Assembly (NCBI GenBank): GCA_041572575.1
Contig: JBFFSH010000017.1
Location: forward strand, 1 to 43,324
Source of the DNA: Thermodesulfobacteriota bacterium
GTDB taxonomy: Bacteria > Desulfobacterota_D > UBA1144 > Nemesobacterales > N074bin48
Direction of reading: 5' to 3'
Length of the DNA: 43,324 bases
Position numbers and translations under genes: made by a program. This document shows, in pieces, positions 20,511 to 31,258 of the stretch (positions are counted from its first letter, which is position 1; each line of letters opens with the position of its first letter). The notes under the pieces are model-generated. The model did no database searches, was not told the DNA's origin, and was given only the letters and a program-made list of their open reading frames with translations.

Positions 20511-20840
20511 TTATTCATCGCCCCAGATGTGTTTTTTCAGTTGTTCCTGAATGTCATCATCCGGTGCCTGGTATTTAACATTAATAAGCTTGTTATGATC
20601 ATCCTGCACCAGGTACAAGCCCGTTAAGCCCAGGATGTCAGAAGCTGCCTGTTTGTAGCCCTCATAATAGTCCATAGCATTTCCTGAGGCCTTTACAGTC
20701 ATATAGTCTAAAAAAAGCGCAATGAGACCTAAATCTTCTTTTACATCGTCATCTATTTTTAATGTATAATCTTGCAGGTCACCAGCCAGTATACTGTCTT
20801 TCCATTTATCTAATATTTCTTCAGATTTTTCGATTCTCAT
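20511..20840 (-). CDS. Hypothetical acidic protein, 109 aa
   Basis: AAGGGG RBS, co-oriented within the PTS cluster; no family recognised. Confidence 0.75.
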   Translation of the reverse strand: MRIEKSEEILDKWKDSILAGDLQDYTLKIDDDVKEDLGLIALFLDYMTVKASGNAMDYYEGYKQAASDILGLTGLYLVQDDHNKLINVKYQAPDDDIQEQLKKHIWGDE

Positions 20841-20862
20841 ATTATGCCCCTTATCATATTAT

Positions 20863-21267
20863 TTACTTTTTTATCAGGTTGCTAGCCACGATAATATTAT
20901 CGCGCCCTGCTTTTTCTGCAATCCTTACTGATTCCGAAAGCGTAGTGTTTTCAGGCAGTGTGGCAAGTTTAATAAGCATTGGGAGATTTACCCCCGAGAT
21001 GACCTCTACTTTATTTTCCTCTAAAAAAGTGAGGCTGATATTAGATGGCGTGCCGCCAAACATATCTGTTACAAGCAGTACTCCGTCTCCTTTATCGGCT
21101 TTTTTTATGTTCCGTTTAATTTCTTTTTTAAATGCGTCAAAGTCTACTTCTCTATCTAAATTGATAGCATTCATCTTAATTTTTGGTTTTGCTGAGAGCA
21201 CAAAGTTAACTGCGGATATAAGTTCTTCAGCAAATTTGCCGTGTGATATTACAACTATACCTATCAT
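20863..21267 (-). CDS. PTS mannose/fructose-class EIIA component
   Basis: GIVVISHG (phospho-His), TDMFGGTPSN, GVNLPML. Confidence 0.92.
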   Translation of the reverse strand: MIGIVVISHGKFAEELISAVNFVLSAKPKIKMNAINLDREVDFDAFKKEIKRNIKKADKGDGVLLVTDMFGGTPSNISLTFLEENKVEVISGVNLPMLIKLATLPENTTLSESVRIAEKAGRDNIIVASNLIKK

Positions 21268-21271
21268 GATA

Positions 21272-22120
21272 TTATTCTTTTCCTATGTCCCTATGAGATA
21301 TATTAGGATTTAATTTTTTAAATCTTTTCTTAAGTTCTTCAACTATTACAACCGACCTGTGTTTGCCTCCAGTGCATCCTATTGCAACAGTTAAATAACT
21401 TTTACCCTCAAGAATATATTTATCAAATAGAAAATCCAGAAAATCTACAAGTTTATCTAAAAATACCTTGGGTTCATCTCCTTTAAGCACATATCTTTTA
21501 ATCTTTATATCCTTTCCGTTAAATTTTTTTATCTTTTCATTGAAGTGCGGGTTTGGAAGAAACCTTACGTCTATCATAATGTCAGGATCGTTGGGGATTC
21601 CATATTTATATCCAAAAGAGCTGAAATTTAATATAAGCTTTTGCTTTTTAGATTTACCAAATATATCAATGATAATCTGTTTTAGCTGATGTACTGTTAA
21701 TTTTGTAGTATCTATTACATTTTCTGAGCTCTGTTTAATCTCACGCAGAGCTTCTCTTTCATTTTTTATACCTTCAGGAAGATTTCCGGTGGGTGCAAGG
21801 GGGTGAACCCTCCTGCTTTCTTTATACCTTTTAATTAAACTCTGATCAGATGCATCTAAAAAAATAGACTGGACTTTTTTGCCGCTCTTTTTAAGCTTCT
21901 TTATTTCTTCATGTATTTTATTTAAAAATTCACCTTCTCTAATGTCTATTCCAAATGCTACATTTTCAATCTGTGCAGATGATTTCTTGCATAGATTAAG
22001 AAAGGTATGAATTAACTGAGGCGGCAGATTGTCTACACAATAATAACCAAGGTCCTCAAGTACATTTATAGCTGAAGATTTGCCCGATCCTGAAAGCCCG
22101 CTTACGATTACTAGATTCAT
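21272..22120 (-). CDS. rapZ: RNase adapter RapZ / YvcJ P-loop protein
   Basis: GLSGSGKS, VDNLP, SFGYKYG, DVRFLPNP, GCTGGKHRSV. Confidence 0.95.
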   Translation of the reverse strand: MNLVIVSGLSGSGKSSAINVLEDLGYYCVDNLPPQLIHTFLNLCKKSSAQIENVAFGIDIREGEFLNKIHEEIKKLKKSGKKVQSIFLDASDQSLIKRYKESRRVHPLAPTGNLPEGIKNEREALREIKQSSENVIDTTKLTVHQLKQIIIDIFGKSKKQKLILNFSSFGYKYGIPNDPDIMIDVRFLPNPHFNEKIKKFNGKDIKIKRYVLKGDEPKVFLDKLVDFLDFLFDKYILEGKSYLTVAIGCTGGKHRSVVIVEELKKRFKKLNPNISHRDIGKE

Positions 22121-22146
22121 GTATTATATATTATCTAATAATACGG

Positions 22147-23085
22147 CTAATCAGAAACAGATTGCCTAAATATCTGATTTCTGACTGCAATTTCGACTAT
22201 AGTGGATATATTCCTGCCGGGGCTTACAGGTATTTTGAGGTAGGGAAGTTTTACGTCTAAAATCTCATAAGTGTCATATACATCACCAACCCTGTTGTAT
22301 TCAGTTTTTGGATCCCAGTGTTCAAGCTCAATCACCATATCTATCTCTCTTTTGTCCATAACAGCAGTAGGCCCCACAAGGTCTTTGATGTTGATTATCC
22401 CGATTCCTCTTATTTCCATTAAATGTTTAATGTTCTGAGGGCTGCACCCTACAAGATTTGAAGCCCCAAGTCTTCTGATTTCCACCAGGTCATCAACCAC
22501 AAGCTTTGCTCCCCGTAGGACTAAATCAAGGGCACACTCGCTTTTTCCTATCCCGCTTTTGCCAAGAACAAGCACTCCCAGTCTGTGAATATCGATCAAA
22601 ACCCCATGGGCTGATATAAATGGGGCAAACCGTACTTCCAGAATTGCCCTTATTTCAGAGATCGTCCTTCCTGTGTGCAGATTAGTCCTGAACAGTGGAA
22701 TACCAGCTTTTTCGCACTGTTTTACAAGATTTTCAGGTGGCTTTATCCCTTTGGTTACTATAAGGCAGGGGATTTTTTGTGACGTGAGTTTTAATAAAAC
22801 TTGCTGTTGTTCTGAAGCGCTTATTTTCTTAAGATATGAAATCTCGGTTCTTCCGAGAATCTGGACAGTGAATTTATCGAGCGTAATGTCGGGCTCTATC
22901 ATTCTTAGCCCTATTTTTTGCACCCTGTTTTCTTTAATAGTACGCTTAAATCCCTTACTTCCGGTAATTAGAGTTAGCTGTAGTTCATTTCCCCAGGAGC
23001 TTAAGAGTTCACCAACTGTAAGTTTATCCCCGGGTTTTGCTTTAGATTTGCCTCCGAATTGTTTTAGGATTTTAGTATTTTGCAT
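22147..23085 (-). CDS. hprK: HPr(Ser) kinase/phosphorylase (ATG at 23085 preferred)
   Basis: HGVL, GKSGIGKSE, LVVDD, MEIRGIGII, PVSPGRN. Confidence 0.94.
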   Translation of the reverse strand: MQNTKILKQFGGKSKAKPGDKLTVGELLSSWGNELQLTLITGSKGFKRTIKENRVQKIGLRMIEPDITLDKFTVQILGRTEISYLKKISASEQQQVLLKLTSQKIPCLIVTKGIKPPENLVKQCEKAGIPLFRTNLHTGRTISEIRAILEVRFAPFISAHGVLIDIHRLGVLVLGKSGIGKSECALDLVLRGAKLVVDDLVEIRRLGASNLVGCSPQNIKHLMEIRGIGIINIKDLVGPTAVMDKREIDMVIELEHWDPKTEYNRVGDVYDTYEILDVKLPYLKIPVSPGRNISTIVEIAVRNQIFRQSVSD

Positions 23086-23533
23086 CTTCCTCAGCAATTA
23101 TATCATATATCTCGTCACTGGAGCCTGCATTTATGAGCCTAGATCTGGTTTCCGGGATCTTTAATATTTTTGATATTTTAGCAAGAAGCTTAAGATGCAT
23201 GCCAGATGAATTTTCGGGGCTTAATATTAGTATAAACAGTTGAGTGGGCTTTCCGTCAAGAGAATCAAAATCTATTCCCTTCAGGCTTCTGCCAAAAACT
23301 ACTGCAAAACTTGATATACCACCTATCTTGCCGTGTGGTATAGCAACTCCGGCATCGAGCGCAGTGCTGCAAAGTTTTTCTCTTTCCATTATAACTTCAC
23401 TTGCCTGCTCATGGTTTATGTTGAGATGATTTTTACATATGTGTGCTGTGAGTTCGTTTATTACATCGGTTTTGGTAGTCGATTGCAGGTCTGCAATTAT
23501 ATTATCTTTTGTAAGTTCGTCTGTGATGTTCAT
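23072..23533 (-). CDS. ptsN: PTS EIIA(Ntr)-like nitrogen regulatory protein
   Basis: RE..ST..GVAIPH, GIDFDSLDGKP, HLKLLA; sits after rpoN-hpf. Confidence 0.88.
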   Translation of the reverse strand: MNITDELTKDNIIADLQSTTKTDVINELTAHICKNHLNINHEQASEVIMEREKLCSTALDAGVAIPHGKIGGISSFAVVFGRSLKGIDFDSLDGKPTQLFILILSPENSSGMHLKLLAKISKILKIPETRSRLINAGSSDEIYDIIAEEDAKY

Positions 23534-23562
23534 GAAAATTCAATGAGGATTGTAAACTAGTA

Positions 23563-24099
23563 TTATGGTGTTACAAGTACAAGCTCATCAGCGCTGTTTT
23601 TATAAAGAACATTCATTTCCCCGCTGGAGCTGTTATAAAATGTAACAAATTCATGTTCTGATATGTCGAGCTGCAGTTTTGCTTCATCCACAGACATGGG
23701 TTTTGCAGGAGCGTTTTCTAATCTGTAATCACTCTGGTCAGTTTTTCCCATTACATAATGGGTATCAATAACTTTTTCTGCCCCTTTTCTTTTTTTCAGT
23801 GAAGCCTTCTTCTCGATCCTTTTTTTCAATTGTTTTATTACATTGTCAATTGCAGATTCTATGGAGTTTGCCATATCCTCTGATTCAACTGAAGAGGTAC
23901 ACTTGAATATTCCACTATTAATGAAAATTTCTGCCTTGTTTCTAAACTTCTGTACATCCAGGATTATTTTTACTTCTGAAGGAGTGTTGTACTGATTTAT
24001 GATTTTTTCAATTTTAAGAGATTTCTTTTTTATAAAATCTCTTAGTCTTCTGCTTTTTCTTGCGTCTTTTTCATGCCTTATTGTGATTTTAAGATCCAT
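23563..24099 (-). CDS. hpf: Long ribosome hibernation promoting factor (true start MDLKITIRH at 24099)
   Basis: AAGGAG RBS before 24099; C-terminal KPMSVDEA.LQL..F..F.N..MNVLYK domain; follows rpoN. Confidence 0.88.
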   Translation of the reverse strand: MDLKITIRHEKDARKSRRLRDFIKKKSLKIEKIINQYNTPSEVKIILDVQKFRNKAEIFINSGIFKCTSSVESEDMANSIESAIDNVIKQLKKRIEKKASLKKRKGAEKVIDTHYVMGKTDQSDYRLENAPAKPMSVDEAKLQLDISEHEFVTFYNSSSGEMNVLYKNSADELVLVTP

Positions 24100-25603
24100 T
24101 TTGCTGCTCCTTATAGTTTTTTGCCCTTTTAGAAGATGAAGGTATATCCAACAGTTTTCTATACTTTGCAACAGTCCTTCTGGCAAGTTTAATATTTCTT
24201 ATTTCAAGTATCTTTGAAATATCCTCATCAGAATAGGGGCTGTTTTTGTCTTCATTTTTTATAAGGTCTTCAATTATTGATCTAACTCTGTCATATGAAA
24301 TATCTGTACCATGTACCGTTTCAATTTTTCTGGAAAAAAGAGTTCTCATGGGAATAACCCCATTTGGAGTAGATATATATCTTTTACTTGTCATTCTGCT
24401 TATGGTTGATTCATGCACATTTATATCTTCATCATCAGCAATATCTTTTAGCTTAAGTGGTTTAATAAAATCTTTACCGTAAAAAAAGTAATCCCTTTGA
24501 ACATCTACTATTTTCTTTATAACCTTTGTTATGGCTATTTCTCTTTCCTGAATTCCTTTTATTACTTTTTTGGCTATATCAAGCTTTTCTTTAATATATT
24601 TTTTGGTTTCTGAATTAATAGAATCGGAGTTCTTAACGATTCTTTGATAGTACTGGCTTATTCTCAAATTCGGAATGTTTACCTTAAACTGAATCTGCAG
24701 TTCATCACCAATCCTGTATACGTGGTAATCGGGCGTGATATTTTTTTCTATATCACTCATATAGTATGGCCTTCCGGGTTTAGGCTCAAACGAAGATATC
24801 ATATTTACAGCCTCTTTTATCTCGTCAATCTCCTTTTGCATTTCGGCTGCTATTTTTTCAAAATCATTGTTGCTAATGTCTTCAAGATACTTCTCAATAA
24901 GTATTATAATAAGGTCTTCATCTCTAAACCCAAGGTTATATGCCTGAAGTTTGAGACATTCTTTTAAATCCCTTGCGCAAACCCCAACAGGGTCAAAAGT
25001 GGAGTGTAATTCATCTAAAACATTTTCAACCTTACCTATTCCTTGTTGCAGGTGTTCGCTGGTTATATTATTTAGAGCTAAGCTGTTAGCTGATTTATCA
25101 TTGATGCTGGTATTGCTGGAAATATTCAAGAATTCTGCAAAAATCTCATCGCACTTTGAGTTTAAATAACCGTCTTCATCGGTGTTTCCTATGATTATTG
25201 ATGCTATGAGTTTATCTTCTTCCCCCAGGTTGGATATTTTTAGCTGCCAGCGCAAATAATCCTGTAAGGAAGTTTCTGATGTCAGGTTGTTTTCCCATGA
25301 ATAATCCTGTTCCTGATCGACGAAGTTTTTATTGGTAAAAGGAATAGAGTTGTCGGTATCAAATTTATAGCTGTCAAAATTCAAATCTTCACTACTGTTA
25401 TTATCTGTCTGAGCGTCATCCTTTGGCTTTTTTTCTAAATCTTCTTCCAGCACAGGATTTTCTACAAGCTGTTCCTCAACGTATTCCTTGAGTTCAAGTG
25501 AAGACATCTGTATTAGTCTTAAGAACAGCTGCTGTTCCTGGGTGAGGTACAGCTTTTGCTGCTGAACCAGCTTCGTATTTTGTTTTAACTCAATTGCACT
25601 CAT
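24089..25603 (-). CDS. rpoN: RNA polymerase sigma-54 factor
   Basis: Q-rich region I, ENPVLE, PVGVCARDLKECL, HESTISR, RpoN box ARRTVAKYR. Confidence 0.96.
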   Translation of the reverse strand: MSAIELKQNTKLVQQQKLYLTQEQQLFLRLIQMSSLELKEYVEEQLVENPVLEEDLEKKPKDDAQTDNNSSEDLNFDSYKFDTDNSIPFTNKNFVDQEQDYSWENNLTSETSLQDYLRWQLKISNLGEEDKLIASIIIGNTDEDGYLNSKCDEIFAEFLNISSNTSINDKSANSLALNNITSEHLQQGIGKVENVLDELHSTFDPVGVCARDLKECLKLQAYNLGFRDEDLIIILIEKYLEDISNNDFEKIAAEMQKEIDEIKEAVNMISSFEPKPGRPYYMSDIEKNITPDYHVYRIGDELQIQFKVNIPNLRISQYYQRIVKNSDSINSETKKYIKEKLDIAKKVIKGIQEREIAITKVIKKIVDVQRDYFFYGKDFIKPLKLKDIADDEDINVHESTISRMTSKRYISTPNGVIPMRTLFSRKIETVHGTDISYDRVRSIIEDLIKNEDKNSPYSDEDISKILEIRNIKLARRTVAKYRKLLDIPSSSKRAKNYKEQQNGS

Positions 25604-25823
25604 ACCTACTTATAGATTAATTCTTATTGGGGATAAATACTAGTCTTGATTTTTTCTAATTTTTTGTTCTATATCAAAGAAATTGAAAAATGCTGCATTG
25701 GTATATCTTTTCGAACGTTATTAAATGATTTTATCAAGAAAAATCATTTAATTAACAATAATTATTATAATGCTTTAAATATTAAGTATAACTTATTTAA
25801 ATCAATAATTATATTATATCGAT

Positions 25824-26414
25824 CTATACAGTATGACTTTGTTCGAAACTGGAAATATGGTCTTGTAACTGAAGAGTTAACGCAATATCATCCAGTCCTT
25901 CCAGTAATGTTTTTTTCTTAAACGGATCAATATCAAATGTTGTAGACCAACCGCTATCGTCTTTTATTATCTGATCATCTAGATTTATATCGAGCATGTA
26001 GCCGTTTTGAGTAGTTGCCTGTTTAAATAGATAGTCAACCAGATCAGAAGACAAAATAATTGGAAGCATGCCGTTTTTAAAACAGTTGTTATAAAAAATA
26101 TCGGCAAATGATGGGGCTATAATTACTTTAAAGCCATAATCCTCTAATGACCATGGGGCGTGTTCTCTTGAGCTTCCGCTTCCAAAATTATCCTTTGCAA
26201 GAAGGATTTGACTGTTCTTATACCCTTCTTTGTTCAGGATAAAATCCGGATTAGGCTTTCCGTCGTCCAAATATCTCCAGTCATAAAATAGAAATTCTCC
26301 AAAACCGGTCCTCTCAATCCTTTTTAAAAACTGTTTTGGTATAATTTGGTCCGTATCAACGTTCATTTTATCTAGCGGGGCTACTATACCCTTAAAATTT
26401 TCGAATGGTTTCAT
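25824..26414 (-). CDS. leuD: 3-isopropylmalate dehydratase small subunit
   Basis: [32 protein letters not shown]. Confidence 0.96.
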   Translation of the reverse strand: MKPFENFKGIVAPLDKMNVDTDQIIPKQFLKRIERTGFGEFLFYDWRYLDDGKPNPDFILNKEGYKNSQILLAKDNFGSGSSREHAPWSLEDYGFKVIIAPSFADIFYNNCFKNGMLPIILSSDLVDYLFKQATTQNGYMLDINLDDQIIKDDSGWSTTFDIDPFKKKTLLEGLDDIALTLQLQDHISSFEQSHTV

Positions 26415-26425
26415 GTTTTCACCTC

Positions 26426-27844
26426 TTATAATTCAGTTTCCAGATCTAAGTCTCTTACATCTACAAAATGTCCTTTAAGTGCGGCTGCGGCTGCCATGAT
26501 GGGGCTAACGAGATGAGTCCTTCCACCTTTGCCCTGTCTTCCTTCGAAGTTCCTGTTTGATGTACTTGCACACCTTTCTCCGGGTACGAGTATATCAGGG
26601 TTCATTCCAAGGCACATGCTGCACCCGGCTTCTCTCCATTCAAAACCCGATTCTTTAAAAATTTTATCAAGACCAAGTTTTTCAGCCTGAAGTTTTACTA
26701 ACTGCGAGCCAGGCACTACCATTGCGCTGAGGCTGGATGCTACTTTTTTACCCTTAACAACCTTAGCTGCCGCTATAAGATCGCTTATTCTTGAATTAGT
26801 GCATGATCCTATGAATATTCTGTCAAGTTTAATATCTTCTATCTTGGTCCCGGGCTTAAGATCCATATACTCCAAGGCGCTTTGTGTGGCCTTCTGTAGG
26901 TTTGGATCGGAATAATCAGCAGGACCGGGAACCTTTTCATCAACTCCTACAACCATCCCCGGGTTTGTACCCCAGCTTACCTGCGGAGCAATCCTTGAAG
27001 CATCAAGTGTAATGGACTTATCAAATGTTGCACCATCTTCTGTAGCAAGCTCTGCCCACTTCTCAACGCATTTGTCATACTCCTCATCCTTTGGCATATA
27101 TTGTCTGCCTTTTAGGTATTCAAACGTTTTCTCATCAGGTGAAATCATCCCTGCTCTTGCCCCAGCTTCAATTGACATGTTGCACACTGTCATTCTTTCT
27201 TCCATGCTAAGGTCTTTTATTGCCTGCCCTCTGTACTCAACCACTGTCCCTGTAGCCCCGGCCGTTCCAATTTTACCAATAATGCTGAGAATTATGTCTT
27301 TTGCCGTAACACCATTATGTCTGGATCCCTCAACATTTACCTCAAACACTGATGGTCTGTTCTGCCACAGGCACTGAGTAGCAAGCACATGCTCCACTTC
27401 ACTTGTGCCAATTCCAAAAGCAAGCGACCCGAAAGCGCCGTGTGTGGAAGTATGGCTGTCTCCACATACGATTGTCATGCCAGGTTTTGTGATTCCAAGC
27501 TCTGGTCCTATTACGTGTACGATTCCCTGAAAGGGGCTGTTAAGATCAAAAAGCTTTATTCCAAATTCTTCACAGTTGTTTCTCAAGGTTTCAATCTGTT
27601 TTGCTGAGATTGGATCTTCAATAGGAAGCGACCTGTCTGTTGTAGGTACATTGTGATCCATTGTGGCAAACGTAAGTTCAGGTCTGCGGACTTTTCTGTT
27701 GCTGAGCCTAAGGCCTTCAAATGCCTGTGGAGATGTTACTTCGTGTACGAGGTGAAGATCAATATATAAAAGCGATGGTCTTCCCTGCTCTTCATATACA
27801 ACGTGTTTTTCCCAAATTTTATCAAATAGTGTTTGTTTTCCCAT
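26426..27844 (-). CDS. leuC: 3-isopropylmalate dehydratase large subunit
   Basis: [41 protein letters not shown]. Confidence 0.97.
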   Translation of the reverse strand: MGKQTLFDKIWEKHVVYEEQGRPSLLYIDLHLVHEVTSPQAFEGLRLSNRKVRRPELTFATMDHNVPTTDRSLPIEDPISAKQIETLRNNCEEFGIKLFDLNSPFQGIVHVIGPELGITKPGMTIVCGDSHTSTHGAFGSLAFGIGTSEVEHVLATQCLWQNRPSVFEVNVEGSRHNGVTAKDIILSIIGKIGTAGATGTVVEYRGQAIKDLSMEERMTVCNMSIEAGARAGMISPDEKTFEYLKGRQYMPKDEEYDKCVEKWAELATEDGATFDKSITLDASRIAPQVSWGTNPGMVVGVDEKVPGPADYSDPNLQKATQSALEYMDLKPGTKIEDIKLDRIFIGSCTNSRISDLIAAAKVVKGKKVASSLSAMVVPGSQLVKLQAEKLGLDKIFKESGFEWREAGCSMCLGMNPDILVPGERCASTSNRNFEGRQGKGGRTHLVSPIMAAAAALKGHFVDVRDLDLETEL

Positions 27845-27905
27845 AGTATTTTATTTTATAGTCCCATAATTTTACATATTTTATAATAATCACTCTTTGA
27901 GAGTT

Positions 27906-29177
27906 TTAAACTCTAAATGCTCTTCGTCCAAGAAACTGAGCTACACTTCCAAGTTCTTCTTCTATTCTTAGTAGCTGATTATACTTTGCCATCCTGTCGC
28001 TTCTGGATGCTGAACCTGTTTTAATCTGTCCAGCATTAGTTGCAACAGCAAGATCGGCTATTATTGAATCTTCAGTTTCACCGGACCTGTGGGATATGAT
28101 ATTCGTATATCCTGCTTTTTTGGCCATGTCTATTGCCTGCATAGTCTCTGTTAGAGAGCCAATCTGATTAACTTTTATTAAAATTGAATTGGCCACATTA
28201 TTGTCTATTCCCCTTTTTAGCCTTTTTGTATTTGTAACAAACAGATCGTCTCCAACAAGCTGTACTTTTTGTCCAATTGTGCTTGTAAGTTCTTGCCAAC
28301 CCTTCCAGTCATTTTCATACATTGGGTCTTCAATTGAAATTATCTCATAATTTTCGGTAAGTTTTTCATACATCTTAATCATTGCGTCCTTATCAAAGCG
28401 CTTCGAACCTATGATATACTTGCCTTTTTCATAAAATTCACTAGATGCCACATCCAGGGCAATTGCAATATTATCGGTAGTGCTATACCCGGCATTTTCT
28501 ATAGCCTGCATTACAAGCTCAATTGCCTGTTCGTTTGATTTAAGATTTGGAGCAAAGCCGCCTTCATCTCCTACAGCTGTGGAATAGTTATTTGATTTGA
28601 GAAGGCTCTTTAGGTGATGAAAAGTCTCCACCCCTGCTCTAATTGCCTCAGAGAAGGTTTTAAATCCGTATGGTACTATCATAAACTCCTGAAAATCCAG
28701 GTTGTTATCCGCATGAGCACCCCCGTTTATTATGTTCATAAGGGGTACGGGAAGGGTATTGGCATATGCTCCGCCGAGGTATTTATACAGCGGTATATCC
28801 AAAGAGCAGGCAGCTGCCTTGGCTGCAGCAAGAGAAACTCCAAGAATAGCGTTAGCTCCAAGTCTGGATTTGTTGGCTGTTTTATCAAGGTTTAATAACG
28901 CAGAGTCAATTCCTGACTGATTTCTTACATCGTGACCTATCAGTTTTGAAGCAATTGTTTTATTGATATTGTTTACAGCTTTTCTAACCCCTTTGCCAAG
29001 GTATCTGTTTTTATCTTTGTCTCTTAACTCCAGTGCTTCATGCTCGCCTGTGGAGGCTCCCGATGGTACAGCTGCTCTTCCCAATGAACCATCATCGCAG
29101 TAAATATCCACCTCAACAGTAGGATTTCCTCTGGAATCCAGGATTTCTCTACCTTTTACAGAAATGATCGATGCCAC
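27906..29177 (-). CDS. eno: Enolase
   Basis: [36 protein letters not shown] start with GGAGG. Confidence 0.98.
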   Translation of the reverse strand: MASIISVKGREILDSRGNPTVEVDIYCDDGSLGRAAVPSGASTGEHEALELRDKDKNRYLGKGVRKAVNNINKTIASKLIGHDVRNQSGIDSALLNLDKTANKSRLGANAILGVSLAAAKAAACSLDIPLYKYLGGAYANTLPVPLMNIINGGAHADNNLDFQEFMIVPYGFKTFSEAIRAGVETFHHLKSLLKSNNYSTAVGDEGGFAPNLKSNEQAIELVMQAIENAGYSTTDNIAIALDVASSEFYEKGKYIIGSKRFDKDAMIKMYEKLTENYEIISIEDPMYENDWKGWQELTSTIGQKVQLVGDDLFVTNTKRLKRGIDNNVANSILIKVNQIGSLTETMQAIDMAKKAGYTNIISHRSGETEDSIIADLAVATNAGQIKTGSASRSDRMAKYNQLLRIEEELGSVAQFLGRRAFRV

Positions 29178-29372
29178 GTTTTATGCCTCCAAAAAAATAA
29201 TGTAAATTCAAAGATAACCATAATAGCAAAAATATGCCAACTATCAATAGACACTCTAAGGTATACTAATTGTAGAGATAGATATAGTAAATTATTACAT
29301 GTTTGTATTTATTTATGTTACATTTAGGGTTCTGTAAAATTCTCAATTAATTTAGTTAAGGAAGCGCGAGAT

Positions 29373-31253
29373 ATGGAATTGTTTAATAGACTAATAAAAG
29401 TATTTATCCTTTTTCAGGTAGTGGCTATTTTGTCATGTACGGTTGGTGATGATACTGCCCCAACAGATAATACAGTAATAACGTTTAATTCAAATAACAA
29501 AACTATAGAGTTCATAGCACCCGGAGACGATGGTACTACGGGACTTGTTACTATTTATGACTTAAGATATTTTGATGAGTTTGAGCTTACACTACTTCTG
29601 GGAGATACAGTGGATAAGGTTCCTTTTGGAACAATACAGCAGGTTGTACAGTCAATGTTTGCAGATGCCACACAGATACAGGGTGAGGAATTTCCTCAGC
29701 CAAGTGGTACGGCACAAAGTATCTTTATTCCCAGACTGGATATTTCTGGTGAAACTAGATACTACTTCACCATGGTTTCAAGAGATGAAGTGGGTAACCA
29801 GAGCAGCCCTACAAATGTGATTGAAGCTACTACAGGGTTTGTCGGCAGTTCGTTTATTAATAGTTCCGAAGGCAGCTGTTTTGGACAGTCAATAGCAGGT
29901 GTTAAGATTGATGAAAGAGAGGATAGAAGTGATGATGAATTTAGAGACGGTGACGATATTATCATAGGTGACCCGTGCCTTGATACGGTTTATGTGTTTT
30001 TTGGTGGAAAGGGTTTTGGAGACAGAGATGCGAATTCAGACGGAATATTTGATCTACCCAGTCCTGATACCGCTGATATAACTATAAGAGGAGTACCGGG
30101 GACAATGTTTGGAGCGAGTGTGGAAGGGATAAGAGATGTTGCGGGTGACGATTCAGAAGAAATTGTTATTGGTGCTCCGGGGTTTGATTCAAACAGAGGC
30201 AGAGTGTTTATAATATTAGGAGACAGAGACGGGCTGCCTGCAGTTATGGATTTTAACGCCGGATTTACAGCAGATATTACAATAAATGGGCAAGCCCAGG
30301 GTGATAATTTCGGGCTTAACCTGCTAGCTGCTATAGGCATTACAGGTTCTGGTTCTGATAGTCTTTTAATAGGAGCTCCTACTGCTCTGTCAAATAGAGG
30401 AAAGGCATATTTTTATGGAGAAAATGATTTAGATGATTTAAACAGAGATGAACCGGTTAGTGCAGATACCGCTAAGGCCATCTTTACAGGTGAGGATCCA
30501 GGCGATCTGTTTGGTACGGAAATTACTGAAGTTGGAATAATCGATGACAACGACAGGTCTGATTTTGCAATTTCTTCTCCCGGTGCAGCAAAAGTTTATG
30601 TGTTTTTTGTTCCTTCAGATGTAGATGATATTGATCTGTCTACAGATACTTCAAGAGTAGTAATAATTAGTGGAGATACTGAAGACGAGTTTGGAGCTGC
30701 AATTGGCGGAGATGGGGACTATGACGGTGATCCGGAGGATGATGTTAACTTTGGAGACATATCAAGAAGTAACAACAGAGAAGATGTACTTATTGGAGCA
30801 CCGGGATTCGATGGAGAAAGGGGCAGGGTATTGTTTTATTCGGGATTTGATATTGAAGATGCATTTGATCTTGGAACAACCCCTACAGCTTCAAAGATAA
30901 TATCGGGTCTGGTACCAGGCGGCAGATTTGGCGCTGAAATACGTGATATGGGTGATTTAAATCCTGATCTTGATCCAGAAGATAGGAGCGAGGGTACAAT
31001 TTTAGAGTTTGATGATAATAACGAAGATTTTTTGGTTAGCGCTCCAACAGACGGCACGGGCAAAGTGTTTTTATTTCTAGGCAGCACTAATTTTGCTGAT
31101 TCACAGACTACTGATGATGCGGATATTGTTTTTACTAGTCAATCAGGGGCAGGAAACTTTGGATCGGTACTGCAAAATTTAGATGATGTTAGTGAAGATG
31201 AGCTAAATGATATCGGGATAGCTGAAAACGGCGGAGTAAATGTTCTTTTCTAA
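29373..31253 (+). CDS. Putative lipoprotein with Fn3-like domain and seven FG-GAP (integrin-alpha-like) repeats
   Basis: Lipobox-like AILSC; APGDDG..YDLRY..DEVGNQS; repeated FG....D...IGAP units; very acidic. Confidence 0.82.
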   Translation: MELFNRLIKVFILFQVVAILSCTVGDDTAPTDNTVITFNSNNKTIEFIAPGDDGTTGLVTIYDLRYFDEFELTLLLGDTVDKVPFGTIQQVVQSMFADATQIQGEEFPQPSGTAQSIFIPRLDISGETRYYFTMVSRDEVGNQSSPTNVIEATTGFVGSSFINSSEGSCFGQSIAGVKIDEREDRSDDEFRDGDDIIIGDPCLDTVYVFFGGKGFGDRDANSDGIFDLPSPDTADITIRGVPGTMFGASVEGIRDVAGDDSEEIVIGAPGFDSNRGRVFIILGDRDGLPAVMDFNAGFTADITINGQAQGDNFGLNLLAAIGITGSGSDSLLIGAPTALSNRGKAYFYGENDLDDLNRDEPVSADTAKAIFTGEDPGDLFGTEITEVGIIDDNDRSDFAISSPGAAKVYVFFVPSDVDDIDLSTDTSRVVIISGDTEDEFGAAIGGDGDYDGDPEDDVNFGDISRSNNREDVLIGAPGFDGERGRVLFYSGFDIEDAFDLGTTPTASKIISGLVPGGRFGAEIRDMGDLNPDLDPEDRSEGTILEFDDNNEDFLVSAPTDGTGKVFLFLGSTNFADSQTTDDADIVFTSQSGAGNFGSVLQNLDDVSEDELNDIGIAENGGVNVLF

Positions 31254-31258
31254 CATGC

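Noticed and set aside
20762..23164. Long antisense ORFs (20762-21313, 22673-23164) and similar shadow ORFs elsewhere (e.g. 15816-16262, 40879-41373)
   Set aside because: They lie opposite well-conserved genes, have no motifs and are typical antisense shadows.
25698..25714. Sigma54-like TTGGTATATCTTTTCGA upstream of rpoN
   Set aside because: The -12 dinucleotide is CG, not GC, and the site points away from rpoN.
25646..25921. 91-aa plus-strand ORF between rpoN and leuD
   Set aside because: AT-rich low-complexity translation, TTG start without RBS, overlaps leuD antisense.
27845..27905. Leucine attenuator or T-box before leuC
   Set aside because: Only 61 nt, AT-rich, with no Leu-rich leader peptide or terminator/antiterminator.
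29225..29240. Sigma54-like site upstream of eno (minus strand TTGGCATATTTTTGCT)
   Set aside because: GG-to-GC spacing is 9 nt rather than the strictly required 10.
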